Of a stretch of 64,000 bases of DNA, positions 37,030-50,214 are shown in pieces. The translations under genes were made by a program, and so were the position numbers. Each line of letters begins with the position of its first letter. The stretch's first letter is position 1. The notes beneath the pieces are model-generated. The model was not told where the DNA came from. It did no database searches and worked only from the letters and a program-made list of their open reading frames with translations. The DNA is taken from positions 25,174,001-25,238,000 of the forward strand of contig NC_045697.1 of the NCBI RefSeq assembly GCF_009834535.1, in the 5' to 3' direction. The DNA is from Camelus ferus. Its lineage: Eukaryota.

Positions 37030-38680
37030 TTTTAATTAAAAAATATTATAGTAAATATATATAACATAAAATTTGCCATTTTAATATGTACAGTTCTGTG
37101 GTGTTAATTACATTTATAAAGTCATGCAGCCATCATTTTTATTTAAAACTTTTTTATCACCTCAAACAGAAGCCCTGTTACCATTGGGCAATAAATCCCC
37201 ATACCTTTCACCCCAGCCCATGACGATCTTGAACCAACTGCTTTTCTCTACGAATTTGCCTATTCTAAGCATATATAGAAACATTATCATATATTATTTC
37301 ACTTAGCATTTCCATGGGTTATCTCTTTTGCAGGAAGAATCAGAACTATATTCTTTTTTGAAACTGAATATTATGCCATTGTGTGGAATACATTTCATTT
37401 ATTCATTCATCTGTGGATGGACACATAGTTTTTGTTCCCACCTTTTGGCTACAGTAAGCATTGTAATGGAAATATCTGTCTGAATCCCTCTTTTTATTTC
37501 TTTTGGGTATGTACAGTTAACCCTTGAACAACCTGGGTTCAGACTCTGCCAAGTCCATTTACATGCTGATTTCTTCCAATAAATACTTACTATAGTATTT
37601 TGCAATCTGTGAGTGGTTGAATTCACAGGTATGGAACTGTGGTTTCAAAAGACTATAAAGTTATATCCGGATTTCTGACTGTGTGAGGGGTCAACATCCC
37701 TAAACTCTGAGTTCGAGGGTCAACTGTACTTAGAAATTGAATTGTTGGTCATATGGTAATTCTATGTTTAACTAACCATCAAACTGTTTTCTACAGGGGA
37801 TGCAGAATTTTACATCTCATTAGTAATGCGTGAGGATTCCAAGTTTCCCACATTTTTGTCAACACTTTTTTTTTCTATTTTAAAATATCTATTATTTGTT
37901 ATAGCCATCCTAATGAGTATGAAGTTGTATCTGATTGTGGTTTTGATTTGCGTTACCTAATGATTAATGATGTTATGCATCTTTTCGTGTGCTTATTAGC
38001 TATTTGTATATCTTCTTTGGAGAAATATCTGTTCAAGTCCTTTGCCTATTTTTTTTTTAATTTATTTTTTTTGTTGTTACTGTTGAGTTGTAGGAGTTCT
38101 TTGTATATTTGGTATATCAAACCTTTGTCAAGTATATGTTTTGCAGATATTTTCTTCAATTCTATAGGTTCACTTTTCACTCTCCTAATAATTTTCTTTG
38201 ATTCACAAGTTTTGAATGTTTAAAATTTCCAAAGTCAATGATCATACCCCTATGTCTTCTTCTAAAAGTTTGTTATTGTAGCTCCTATGAAAAGTCTTTG
38301 ATCTCTTTTGCGTTAATTGATGTGGATGGTGTGAATTAGAGGTTTGGCTTCATTCTTTTGCCTGTGAGAGTCCAGTTGTCCTGTCACCGTTTGTTACAGA
38401 GACTGTTCTTGAATAGGTTTGGCACTCCTGTAGACCATCAGTTGGCTGTACACGTCTGAGTTTATTTCTGGATCTTAACTGAATTCCACTGGTCAGCATA
38501 TCTGTCTTTATGTCAGTACTACACTGTTTTGATAACTTTACTTTTGTAGTTAGTTTGCAAAACTAGTGTGTGACTCCTCCAAATTTGCTCTGATTTTTCA
38601 AGATTGTTTTGACTACTTGAGGTCCTTTGAAATTCCTTATGAATTTCTGGAACACTTTTTAAACATTCATATTCTAAAAT
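37030..38680 (-). mobile_element. L1MB-type 3' portion, interrupted by a Tigger MITE
   Basis: aacataaaatttgccatttta..gtacagttc..tattcattcatctgtggatggaca..atatggtaattctatgtttaac..atagccatcctaatgagtatgaag. Confidence 0.9.
37514..37726. mobile_element. Tigger2-derived MITE (MER8/Tigger2a-like, TcMar)
   Basis: TIRs cagttaacccttgaac / gttcgagggtcaactg, flanked by TA at 37512-37513 and 37727-37728. Confidence 0.92.
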
Positions 38681-39074
38681 ATAATAATTACTGATAAACC
38701 TTCCAGATAAGCAAAGATGAGTCAATGTTTCCCATATTTTAAAGAAGGATCAACACTCAGGTATTAGCATTTAGGTCCCTGTCTATGGCAATGTTTTTTT
38801 CTTTCTTATGATTGTCTTATGGTCTTCAGATCATCTTGTTCACTCTCTCCAAGCATCTCTTCATCCAGTGATCCTTGCGGATTCTGAAGTGGTTAGGCAT
38901 ATATAGAGTACAGTAGATGGCATGGCGCTCTGTCAGATCATTTTCTTTGCAACTGAGGTTTGTCTTTTCCTTCCATTTTACCCTTTTCCTGCTATTGTAT
39001 TTTTTTAATGTCAGAGGAAGTGAAGTTACAATGAAGATTTAGAGATTGGTATATATGCAGATGTTCATGACCAA

Positions 39075-39560
39075 TAATCAATAATAACCTTTTACACTGA
39101 TTGATGTTAAATGTGCCTGGTATATTGTATAATTAAAAAAAAAACAACCTACCTAATGAGTGAAAACTGAAAGACTAAAAACAATAAATCAGATGATTAT
39201 ATAAAATCAGGGAGAAAAAGTGATAGGAATTAAACACTGACTGTCTTATTACATCATAGATGCTGAGTTATTAAATAAATGTTGGTCTATTTTAATAAGC
39301 TAATACTTTATTTTAATATATTTTGTATTTATTATACATTGTATACTATAATTATTAACTTTAGTAAGTTGAAATAAAATGGATTCTTAAAATTGCTTAA
39401 AAATTTATTTCATTACTTAATTCTCCACAACAAAGAGAAATATTAGCACCATCTCTCAGAAACCATTATCAAATACAAGTCTTAGAGAAGATTTAGCTGA
39501 AGTTCCTAGTTCAGTGAGAGTATATGTTCTTGCCTTCAGAGTCCTTGAGCTTTTCCATTG
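39075..39560 (-). mobile_element. Two very degraded MIR-like fragments
   Basis: aatgtgcctgg..aacaacct..gaaaactga; aattctccacaacaa..cttcagagtccttgagctttt. Confidence 0.4.
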
Positions 39561-40869
39561 TTGGTAGAGGTTATCATGGCATTTTACCATGCACTGCTTT
39601 AATAAACTGTAAAATTCAGAAAATCAGAAATCAGGACAATATGCCTTAGGATCCTAGCTGCAACTTTCAGTTAATACATTGTCCCTCACCTCAAAGGTTA
39701 AAACTAGTATCACACAATAATTGTTTAAAATAATAGTGCAAAACTACTATATTTAATAATTATTTTTGTCTATTATTGTACCAATATAAAAGTTAAAATA
39801 AAATGAGGAAACATTTCCCTCTTCTTAGCCAAATCTGCACTTTTCATAAACAGGGGCATCCAGAATTCTACCTAATCAAAGACAGGAGGACAAGAGTAAA
39901 TTTAAAAAAGAGAGAGACAGACATGTTCATAGACAAAGACAATACTTTTAAACTTAATTTTAGTGAAATATATTCAGTAACAGTTTAATCTCCTCCTCAC
40001 AGTAATATATTAAGTAAGTGGTTCTTTGACCACAGCCTTGCAATTTCTGACCTTCAGAGGGATTGCACAGAGATAAACACATCTACTGGATATATAGGTT
40101 ACCCCATCTTGCTTTCTGAGGTGATGATAGTCTTTTTTTTCTTTTTTTTACATCTGTAGTGATTAAATTTTTCTGTGAAGCATGAAATATAATTACAGTG
40201 AGATTAGAGAGCATTACCTACATGTGTTATAATTGCCCATGAAATTTTCTACTGAAAAATACCTACAGTGTTTAATACTTTTTTTATTCATTCTATTGAA
40301 CTAGAAAGAGTTATGGTTTATAGTTTAGATGGAATGATAAAAATCTAATTTTTTAAAATCTCACTTTGTTCCTCCTTAGTTTCAATTTTTTACTAAAGAA
40401 AATTAACTGTTAGATGCTATGTTTGTTTCAATTTGTATTCGTTAAAATCTGGTTTAAAATCCCTCACTGAAGCTTTGCTAAAATGTCATCTGTCCTAATG
40501 AATATGTATAAAATAAAGTATGGAATAAATCTGAGAAAACTTTTCTTCAAAGTACTCGGTTTTTTTTTTGTTTTGTTTTGGTTTTTTTTGGAATTGAATG
40601 CTCTTTTGCACTTGACTACATTATCAAAGACACAATGTGCATAGTATCAAACTTTATTTTGATGGATAAATCTGGGGAGTGAATGATTGTTGTGGAGAAC
40701 AAATGCAGTGGAAACTTTTAGGTAACAGAGGAATTTAGTTAGTTGTCAGCTGTCCTTACACTCTTTACAGTGGAATATTTTACTCTATGTATTAGAAACC
40801 TAATGACAGCATACTGTTACATGAACTCAATTACTTCAGCATCCACATGAAAAAAGACTGGAAAAAAAT

Positions 40870-41010
40870 TATCTTCATTCTCACTGCCTCTGCCTCAATT
40901 GCAAGCTTTTATCACTTACCAATGGGCGGTGGCAATCACTTGCTAAACATTCCCTTTCTCCAGGTTATCTCCATCCTAACTGTTCTCTGCACTACTCTAG
41001 TGAGGTAAAA
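40870..41010 (+). mobile_element. L2 fragment
   Basis: cattctcactgcctctgcctcaattgcaagc..gcaatcacttgctaa..ttctctgcact. Confidence 0.55.
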
Positions 41011-41559
41011 TATATTCTTGCTTAAATGACATTTCTCATTAAAAAATTGATTCCTGGAGCCCTCTTTACCATGCCAGACAGTCAGGGAGAAGGCACCTTT
41101 CATATGCAAGTGAAAACTGGAGGTAGTTAGGATTAACTAGAAAGGAAGCACCTAAGGGACTCTGAAGACTAGAGTCATCAAACCGAGAGAAAGTCTGGGC
41201 TGCTCAAATCAAAATAACGAATATAAGTAGTATCTACATGGTGAACCCTCCTTTCCCCATTGAAATCTGAGATCTATATTTACATCTGTTAAGTTGCAAA
41301 TCCAATTATCCTTTCTAGAGAATTTTAGGGGCACAGGAATGTAGCATTTCTGAGAGTTGTGGTTTCCCCCTAAATTCATGCAGTAAACAAGCCACTATAT
41401 TGAGATTCAGCAGTTCACAAGTTTCCTCCTTCTTATAATTACAGGTTGCAATTAGCTTTTTGTGTGTTCTACACTTAGATATGAGCGAATAGCATAGGTT
41501 CACTTGATATTTTAAAACACATTTCCAACATGAAAAACTGAGACCAAAGAAATAACGTA

Positions 41560-41730
41560 TAAAATAAATTATAGAAAACAATTATAATTCCAGAAAAAGA
41601 AAATTTGGAATCCTTTTTAGAATCCTCAGAGTGTTAAGTAAGTTATTATATTAATGATAATACAAGAATGCTATTTAAAACAGACATCTTGAGGGCAAAA
41701 ACATGATCTTTAGTAAAAATTATTGTCTAT
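41560..41730 (+). mobile_element. Ancient L1M/HAL1 ORF1-like fragment
   Basis: atcctcagag..caagaatgctatttaaaacagacat..gagggcaaaaac. Confidence 0.45.
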
Positions 41731-41876
41731 GCTTCCTCTTGAATAATAGGACTCAATTTATACTGCCACTGCAATTAAAGAATAATTTTTCCTACATATG
41801 CATTGTAGCAGTTGTTGTAGGTCTATTCTTTTTTATTCCCAAGTTGGGATAAATATTTCACAGAATTGGCCTTTGA

Positions 41877-43076
41877 TTTTTTTCTAGGTTTATTGAGATG
41901 TGTTAATGGGCATGTGTTAAATGACATGTAACATTGTACAAGTTTAAGGTATACAATGTGTTGATACTGTATTGCAAAATAATCACCATCATAGCTTTAG
42001 CTAACACCTCTGCCATGTCCCATGATTATCATTTTTTTGTGTGTCGTGAGAACATTTAATATTTACTTTCCTGGCGACTTTCAAGTATATAACAGTATTA
42101 TTAACTACAATCACCATCTTGTACATTAGATCCCCAAAACATTTGTTTTATAATTGGTAGTTTGTACACTTTGATCAACATCAGTCCATTTCCCCCATCC
42201 CCTAACTCCTAATAAGTTCAGACCTACTCCCTGCTTCTATGAGTTTGGCTTTTTTAGATTCTGCATATGAGGGATGTCATACAATATTTGTCTTTCTCTG
42301 TCTGACTTAACTTCACTTAGAATAATACCCTCAAGGTCCATCTATGGTGTCACAAATGGTAAATTTCCTTTTTTCTCATGGTTGTAGAATATTTCATTGT
42401 ATACATTTACCACATATTTTTTATCTATATATTCATTGATGGACACATGTTGTTTTTATATCTTTGCTATTGTGAATGATGCTGCAGTGAACATGGGGAT
42501 AACCCATATCTCTTTGAGATTCTGTTTTGATTCCATTTGGGTATAAACCCAGAGGTGGGGTTGATGAATCGTATGATAGTTCTATTTTTAATTTTTTGAG
42601 GAACCTCCGTACCATTTTGCATACTGGCTGTACCAGTTTACACCCTGCCTATAGTGCACAAGGGCTCCATTTTCTCCATATCCTTGCCAACACCTGCTAT
42701 CTCGTTTCTGTATAATGACACCCATTTTAAGAGGTGTGAGGTGATATCTCCTTGTGGTTTTGGTTTCCATTTCCCTGATAATTGCTGACTTGAATACCTC
42801 TCCATGTATCTGTTGACCATTTGTATGTCTTCTTTAGAAAGATGTCTATTAAGTTCCATTACCCATTTTTAATTGGATTTTTTCTGCTATTGAGTCATGA
42901 GTTCTTTATAATTTTTTGGATATGAACCCTTATCAGATATATGGTCTATAAATATTTTCTGGTCTCCCTTCAGTTGCCTCTTTATTCTGTTGATTGTTTA
43001 CTTTGTTATGAAAAAGGTTTTTTAGTCTGATGTTATTCTACTTACACATAAGATAGGGGTCGAATTTCATTTTTCT
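41877..43076 (-). mobile_element. 5'-truncated L1MA9-like element
   Basis: ORF 42588-42770 (KTTRRYHLTPLKMGVIIQKRDSRCWQG), ORF 42433-42615 and the 3' UTR. Possible degenerate TSD acagaattggcctttga (41860) / acaaaattagacttctga (43077). Confidence 0.92.
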
Positions 43077-43094
43077 ACAAAATTAGACTTCTGA

Positions 43095-43215
43095 GTTAGC
43101 GTGATGGTGTGACCCAGTTTGCCTGTTTATGCTTGATGTCTTAGCATGATGGACTTGAGTGTCAATTTTCACTTCAAAATATCACAGTTTGTATGGATAA
43201 ATTAGAGTCCACCTA
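43095..43215. mobile_element. MER94-like hAT-Blackjack MITE
   Basis: cccagtttgcctgtttatgc..tttcacttcaaaatatcacagtttg..gataaattagagtccacctac. Confidence 0.55.
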
Positions 43216-46179
43216 CTTGAAATCCTCAGTCATTGGAAACGCATCAATGGGAGCTGTAGATTTCACTGTATTTTACAATTCAGAATTAATCAGAGGGCTT
43301 GGTCTCTTGGTGTCCAAGGTACATCTTTTCCTTACTTCCCAAAGCATTATGGTACATGTTATTTCATGTAAAATGAATGTGTGTGTTTATATGGATGCTG
43401 GAAGATTTTAGTTCAACCACATAACATGGTAACAAGAATGGGCCCCAAATAGGAAGGATGTATTACATTTTTATAGGACCTTGTAAGGTTTCTGAGAATA
43501 TTCATATCCATTGAAGTCCTATACAGGCTACTCTTTGTGCTAAGCCAAATAAAGATAAACTAGCATTACTTCGTTATATTCTTATCTTTTCTTTGACAAT
43601 TCAAGGGAAGTCATAGCTTCCTGATGTGGGATAATTAATAGTGAAATATCTTGTATCAAGCAGCCAAATACACCTTTATTTTGTTCTATATGACAACAAC
43701 ATGGGAAAAGTGAGGATTGAAATTCTTTATTATAAATATCACATTGAAAGTACTAACAACATCAACAAAAATAATTCTACTCAATTTTATTTCACATTTG
43801 TTTTAAAATTATTGTATGAAATTCCATAATACTTGGGTTGTTTTGGTGTACTGATTCCAAATGTACTAGTTGATTTTTCCTTACACTAAATGAGTATTTT
43901 GATATATTTTAATGCAACCTATAAAATATTTTCCTCCTATTCAAGATAGGAATGGTAAGGAAAGAACAAAGAGTCAAATTCCTAGTTTTGAGCTCTTAAG
44001 TAGACTTAGCAAATATTTAGCAAAAGCAGTAGCCTGAAAGCCAAAGCACTTTTTAAGTCCAGGCACTTGAGTGAATTAGAAGACCTCTCTGGAATTATTA
44101 GAATGCGGCTTTGCATATAAAGGCTAGAGGGCTCATGGCACACAAAGTTTACCACATGCCATAGATGAGAAAGAAATGTGCAAGAATCTAAGAATTAAGA
44201 GTTCCTAGGTTTCCTCTATAAGGTGAGAATACAAAGTTGGATCAGTTAGGAAAAGTGAGAGTCTTCAGGGGTATGTGGATGTTTTGATGTTGATAAAATA
44301 TTGAGAAGGGGCCCGACACAGCTTGTTTGACCCAAGTTTGGATGAGGGTAAGTTTCCTAGTTGCCTAGGTATGCAGTGAAGCTTGGATGGTTTTGACCTT
44401 TGCAGAGAAGCTCTGGGTCCCCCTTGGTACCTGAAGTCGGTGCTAAAGGAAGCATCTGTATAATAGACAAGAAAGAATATTTAGAGGCCAGTACTCCTAT
44501 GAGGGCTCCCAATCGTCTGTGGGCACAGTCGTCCAGAATACCAGCCCTATCAACTGGGATTCAGAATTGGTTGAGAGGAGTACAGCTGAGCTAGCCTGGC
44601 CTGGGGGAGGAAGGACACATAGCATATGGACCTAACACCTGAGAGGCGAGCAGGGTCACCAACATTACTTGATTAAAAAGCAACAGAGACCATTGGAAAG
44701 GAGAAGCTGTACCTCTTGGTAGGAGAAACTATACTTTTTAAAAAGCCTGGGAAAATATGTAATAGCATGTATAGAGCAACATGGGAGAAGGGCAGGCATG
44801 TCTTCCAGGAAATTAGATTATTCCAAATGAAATTGCTCATCCATCCCACCCTATCAAAAAGTAAGTGCTAATTAAACTTGAAGTGACTTAATTTCTCCTA
44901 CAGAGTAAACTGTTCTTTCTGCCATCAGTGATGCATTTAGTTGTATCAGGAGGGAGGATTGTTAAATGTATGCAGGTTTGTTAAAACCATGCTTGATCTA
45001 CATACTTTTATTCATGTATAATAGTGGAGAAAAGGATGATTTGACTCCTTTTGAAAGTTTTGAAGATTTCTTTACATTGTCAACAAATGCATTGAATTTG
45101 TTGGTACTTAATATACATTGTGTTTTTTTGTGATGTCTAATATTTACAATGAGTTTTTTGTCAAATGTTTTCTAATACTTATTTCAATCAAGAAAATAAA
45201 TAAATCCTGAGATTTGCCTTTGCTTTTTGGGAAAAAAGAACCTTCTGGAAAAGTAATCCAAGCTATCTTGTCCTGTTGGACATTTAAATAAAGATTTAAA
45301 TATTACTGTCCCAAAAATATGAAAGCATATTTTAATTATAAAAGAATAAAATACGCAAAAAGATTCCTGAGAGCCATTTCTATGACATGAGTACATTGTC
45401 TAGTAGACCCTGAAGTGATGTCTTATTCTGTGGGGGTCTGTGTATTTCATTGTTTTGGTCTATTTTGGAATCTTGTAGATACAGACGTTAACTTGTGGAG
45501 AGTGAATGGTGATGTATGTTTTCTCGTTGAGTAATGTGAATGGTTCCTGCCATACTGAATTGTTTTTTAAACTAGCTTTAACATTTTATTGGAGACCCTC
45601 ATTAGTTAATTACATAACAATATTTCAAAAATGTATTAATTTCATATTTTTATGAGGGGAATGATTTTACCCCTTCTTTTCTTTATAGTTTAATGTGTTA
45701 GAACATTATCAGGAATAATAAATGACACTTCTTCCTAGGAACTAGTGTGACCCAGTATCAAGTTAATTGATACTCATATGTGTTTATTTATTACGGAAAG
45801 AGTACAGAGATTTATATCACCACTTCAACTTTTAAATACAAGACATGAGTCTGCTTGGAATTCAGCCCACACAGGGTGTCATTTTGATCTGTTGTGCCAC
45901 TTAAGCCTTTTCTTTTGGTCCAGGTCTTTCATTTTCCGTATAGCTGTAGATACAGGTACTAAAAATGGAAAGTTTAATTATTTACATATGATGCTTGTGA
46001 CAATATAGATTGATAAATTCTGCACTTACTTACAGAAAATGAGTTGAAATGAGTAAAAAAGAACTGAAATGGTTTTGACAAGATTTATTTTTCTATCATT
46101 AGGACTATGAACGTTTTCATCAATAGTTTGAGAACCTTAAAATTTATTTAAATAAAGTCAAATTGTAATCACTGGATTT

Positions 46180-46315
46180 GGATATGCATGCATGTATACA
46201 CATATGCATTATTTATACTTATATGTATATATTATATGTGTATACATAGATAATACACACAAATATACATGCATGTATATACACTTATGTATATTATATT
46301 ACATATGTATATAAT
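46180..46315. repeat. (TA/CA)-rich low-complexity tract
   Basis: Read directly; two imperfect copies of atgcatgtata..atatgtatat. Confidence 0.85.
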
Positions 46316-47329
46316 AGCATCAGAACAAAACAGAAATTTAATGAGCTTTGAAAATACTAATCAACTCAATTGTTAAAACTGAATGCACACACAGGAAGGA
46401 GTAAGTATAGAACTTTGAAGAGTTACTTAACTTTGGTCTTTATGTCATGCATAATGGTATAAAAGGAGCTAATTCTTTACTGTTTAGACATAAACTGCTT
46501 CTAATATCTTGAAATTATTTTCATTCTTTTCTCTGATTTCATTTATACTTTCTTATTCCCATATTTCCAATGGAACTATATTCTTCTAAGTTCAGAAATC
46601 ACCATTCTTCAGTTAATCTTCCCCTGGGTACAGACAGATCTGTGTACAAGTAGCAGCAAAAGAACACGCACCTTACCAGATGGCTGCCAGACTTGGAACT
46701 CCGATGAGGACTTTGCAAGGAAAGAAATCTGAAGTCAATGATCTAAGAATAGCACTAAGTACAGCCTTCAGCTTATCTGCCTATAAATTTTCAGCAGATT
46801 TAATTCTTAATATTTACTTAGTTTAATTTAGCCTGTCCCTGAGGCAGTCAGTGAGAGTGAAGGACAACTGCTGATTCATTGAGAACCATGCAGGCGTTTC
46901 CTGTAGGCAGAGTTGGCACTTGGTTTGTTGAATGGCCCCTCTTTGGCTTTAGTGAATTTTGAATGTTCTGTGTCATTGAAAGGGTCTCATTACATACAGC
47001 AGCATGCTACAAAGGGAGGACACAACGGTTTTTGGCACAAGGCATACTTCTGTCCACATGCTGACTCTGCTACTCAGGCTTTCCCTAATGATGAGCAAGG
47101 GGATGAACTTCAGTGTCTTAGTCGGCAGAGTGAATGAGGTAGCATGTCCTACGGCACAGGAGTTTTGTGACATTAAATAAGATAAGCATTCAAAGTCCAA
47201 AGACATAGCAGGCATTTTAAACTGGTAATATCTCTATTCTCTAAAGTTACTCAGAATGCCTAATATGCTAGACTCTGTCTGCTATGCCCACTATTATCAT
47301 AGGAATTTTATTTCCAGTAATCACAGAGA

Positions 47330-47786
47330 TATACCTAGCAAAATAGGTGATGGCTTTTAATGAGACACTTTTTCATGCAGTTTGCTTTGACCAATGGACA
47401 ATAATAAAACAGGATACAAGAAGAGACTTTTAAAGAGCTTGCACATTGGAACTTGGCCTTTCTCGCTACTCTGTGAATCCTGAAGCCACCACATGAACTA
47501 GCCTGGGCTAGCATGTTGAATGCTGAGAAGGAGGTGACCAATAATTTACACCTTCCATGCTGGCATCCAGACAGCAGCCAAACAAATGAGTGTGGTTTCC
47601 TGGGACCAGACAGCAACCTGTCCACTGATTGTAGGAACATGAGTAACCCCAGCTGAGTCTGGCTCAGATTAGAAGAACCACACAGCTGAGTCCAGACCAG
47701 TGCCAACCTGCAGAATTACGAGATAAATAGTTGATATTTTAGCCATTAGATTTTGTGGGTTTTTGCACAGGAACAGATAAATGATG
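47330..47786 (+). mobile_element. MaLR LTR (MLT1G/H-like)
   Basis: ttgctttgaccaatgg..aagagcttgcacattgg..ccaccacatgaactagcctgggctagc..agaagaaccacacagctgagtccag..agccattagattttg..agataaatgat. Confidence 0.88.
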
Positions 47787-47839
47787 TTCTCTCTTAGAAT
47801 ATTTTAATAAATATACTAATTGACTGAAGACAAAATATG

Positions 47840-47925
47840 GAGGAAAAAAAGAGAAAGGAAAAGAAGCAATGAAGGAAAGAAGAAAGAGAGGGAGGGAGAA
47901 AAGATGAATTAGGAAGAAGGCAGGA
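47840..47925. repeat. Purine-rich (GGAA/GAAA) low-complexity tract
   Basis: Read directly. Confidence 0.85.
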
Positions 47926-48792
47926 TTTCTATCCTGGATCTTGACATTTTCCCAAGGATTAGCAGAAGAACACTTATTTGCCATCGTTTTATCATCACTC
48001 AATAAATTAGCATTCCAATGTAGAAATGCCAGATACATTAATTTGGGGGGAGGGTGGAGATGATAGCTGGGGGAGAAAAAAACTCCCCAAGAGCACCTTG
48101 GAAAGGCTTTTGTCTTAAATACACCAAGAACATGATTTAACATTTGAGAGTATTTTATTATCATTAATTAGCATAGGTAACTTACTCCATCCATCTAAGA
48201 ACTCATTGGCAAAACTTAATGTCATGGTAATAATGAAAAGAGCAGTATGCCGATTGGTATAATATTAATCTTGAAGAGAGCAGGGAGATTTGAATAGGAA
48301 AGACGAACTGTACTGGCACTCGTGTGTACATATTCTTGAATTAGTATTAGATATATTGCAACTTTTTCCAGGGCAACATGGCATTATAGAAGAATAAATA
48401 GGAGATTTGTATAGCTCCACACTTTATTTTGTAAACAATTGTTTATTCTTTCTTCACACCAACAAAATTACATTTTCTGGCTCTAAGTTATAAACTCAAA
48501 GTAGATGTAATGTGTCTTGGTAAACTAAAAGAAAAACTGAGAATGACACCTAGTTTGTAGTCAGGATTTAAAAATTGCAAAGCGCAGAAACTATAAATTT
48601 TTAACGGTGGCTTTTCTCTTGGGATAATGGGTCATTGTAGATGGAATATCAGTCATATTTTTGCACTTCTCTGTTGCTACTTATGGTCCTAGCCTCAATC
48701 TGAAAAAAAAGTTATTCAAAATTCTATAAAATGTCAACATATACCGGTTATATGTAAAAAGTAACTTTTCAATAGATGTGTTAGAATTTATA

Positions 48793-48859
48793 CTGTCAAA
48801 TTAGTATCTACTTTTGAATGAGAAGGCTGTCAATGAGTATCTACTTACATGAGAAGGCT
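48793..48859. repeat. Imperfect ~33-bp tandem duplication
   Basis: ctgtcaaattagtatctacttttgaatgagaagg / ctgtcaatgagtatctacttacatgagaagg. Confidence 0.85.
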
Positions 48860-49774
48860 ATATATTTATGTTAGTAATGTTGCTGTTCTTTATAATAGGT
48901 GCTATTTAGAATTGTCTCTAGAGCTCCAGGTTCAGGTTCTGTAATCTTACCTGCTTGCTAGAGAAACAAAGCTTCTATGCTGCATACGCCCATGTCAGTG
49001 AACATGTGCTGTCCACACTGATGGGGCTGATGTTCAAAAACACTGCAGGGATGGCAACCATACAGTAAACAGGCCCTTTGGGCAGTAGGAATATGTGGCT
49101 TGCCTCGGGGACAGGCTCTCTGAGATGCTTTCAACAGTAGTAGAAAGTGCTACTAACACTGCATACCCATGATCCCACTCACCTGTGTCCATTCATCCCA
49201 ATCAAAAGTACTGACAGTGGTAATGGTTTCTCTCTGACAACAAGCCATCGCTTAGGTTCTGCACAGTTTCTACTTGGATCCTTTATATTTTGAATTCATA
49301 TTCACCTTCTAGCTTTCCCTCTATGTGCCACATTCACACACATGAAAGACAAATTTACTCCCAATGAAATATAAATAATATAATGATTTGATGATATGAC
49401 CATTCACATGTTCATATCTAATCTCTAAAATAAAGAACCATAGATCAGAAACCAAAATAATCCTTAAAATACGTAATAATGGAAAGAGCAATCTATTAAT
49501 CATGGAATGTAAAGCCATACATATTGAAATTTGTAAAAATTAGCATCTACAAAAGTTATAAGCTGGACAGTGTTCAAAAGAAAATTAGTGACTTGGGAGT
49601 AGATGCAGTGAAATTTACCCAGAATTCAAGATAGAGTTAGGGTATTTTTTTTAAATTATACGAGACTTCTATACAAATATTGTTTCATTACAAATAATTA
49701 AATAAGTGAGATGATACATCATCATGATGGACAGGAAAACCAAAAAAAAAAAATCTTAATGATAAAGTAATAAA

Positions 49775-49960
49775 ACAGCAGCAATAATGACAATATTATT
49801 AAGTGCTTGTCATATATCAGGCCTTGTTCTAAGTGCTGTATGCATATTTATTAAAAAAAACAAGTTTACATTATGTACTGTTGTTATACTCATTTTAAAA
49901 ATGGGAAAACTGCTGCAGAGATATGTATACACAGCTAGAAGGAGTAGAATTTGTTTATAC
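49775..49960 (-). mobile_element. MIR SINE
   Basis: tattaagtgctt..caggccttgttctaagtgct..cattttaaaaatgggaaaactg. Confidence 0.75.
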
Positions 49961-50214
49961 ATTCACTAGTCCTCATGATGTTAGTAGTATACCATTCCAC
50001 CTCCTTACAAATATGTCAAGGCTTCTCCAAATTAACTTATATAATAATTTACTTATAATAGAAAATGACCCTTTCCTTTGCTTTTTAAAAATTTATTTAA
50101 TGAACTTGACAATTGACCTCTAAATTTCGCATTAGACAATCAAGGTAAATTTAAAAGCAAAGGCTGTTTGTATAAGAAAGACTAAGAAAGGGTAGTGTCT
50201 TAACATTATCTTAT

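Noticed and set aside
46677..46728. 52-nt minus-strand exon (cag|...|gtaagg)
   Set aside because: Weak pyrimidine tract with a competing AG, frame-shifting length and unrecognised peptides; such sites are expected by chance.
46690..46736. Box C/D snoRNA (gactt..cgatgag..ctga-agtc)
   Set aside because: Box C is imperfect and the unit is under 50 nt, too short.
47064..47131. Hammerhead ribozyme on the minus strand (CTGAAG...GAAA)
   Set aside because: The core is CUGAAGU rather than CUGANGA, stem II is not adjacent to it, and there is no third stem or cleavage triplet.
47335..48164. ORFs of 123 and 141 aa as host genes
   Set aside because: They are antisense to an MLT1 LTR and a purine-rich tract, with no recognisable domain or splice structure.
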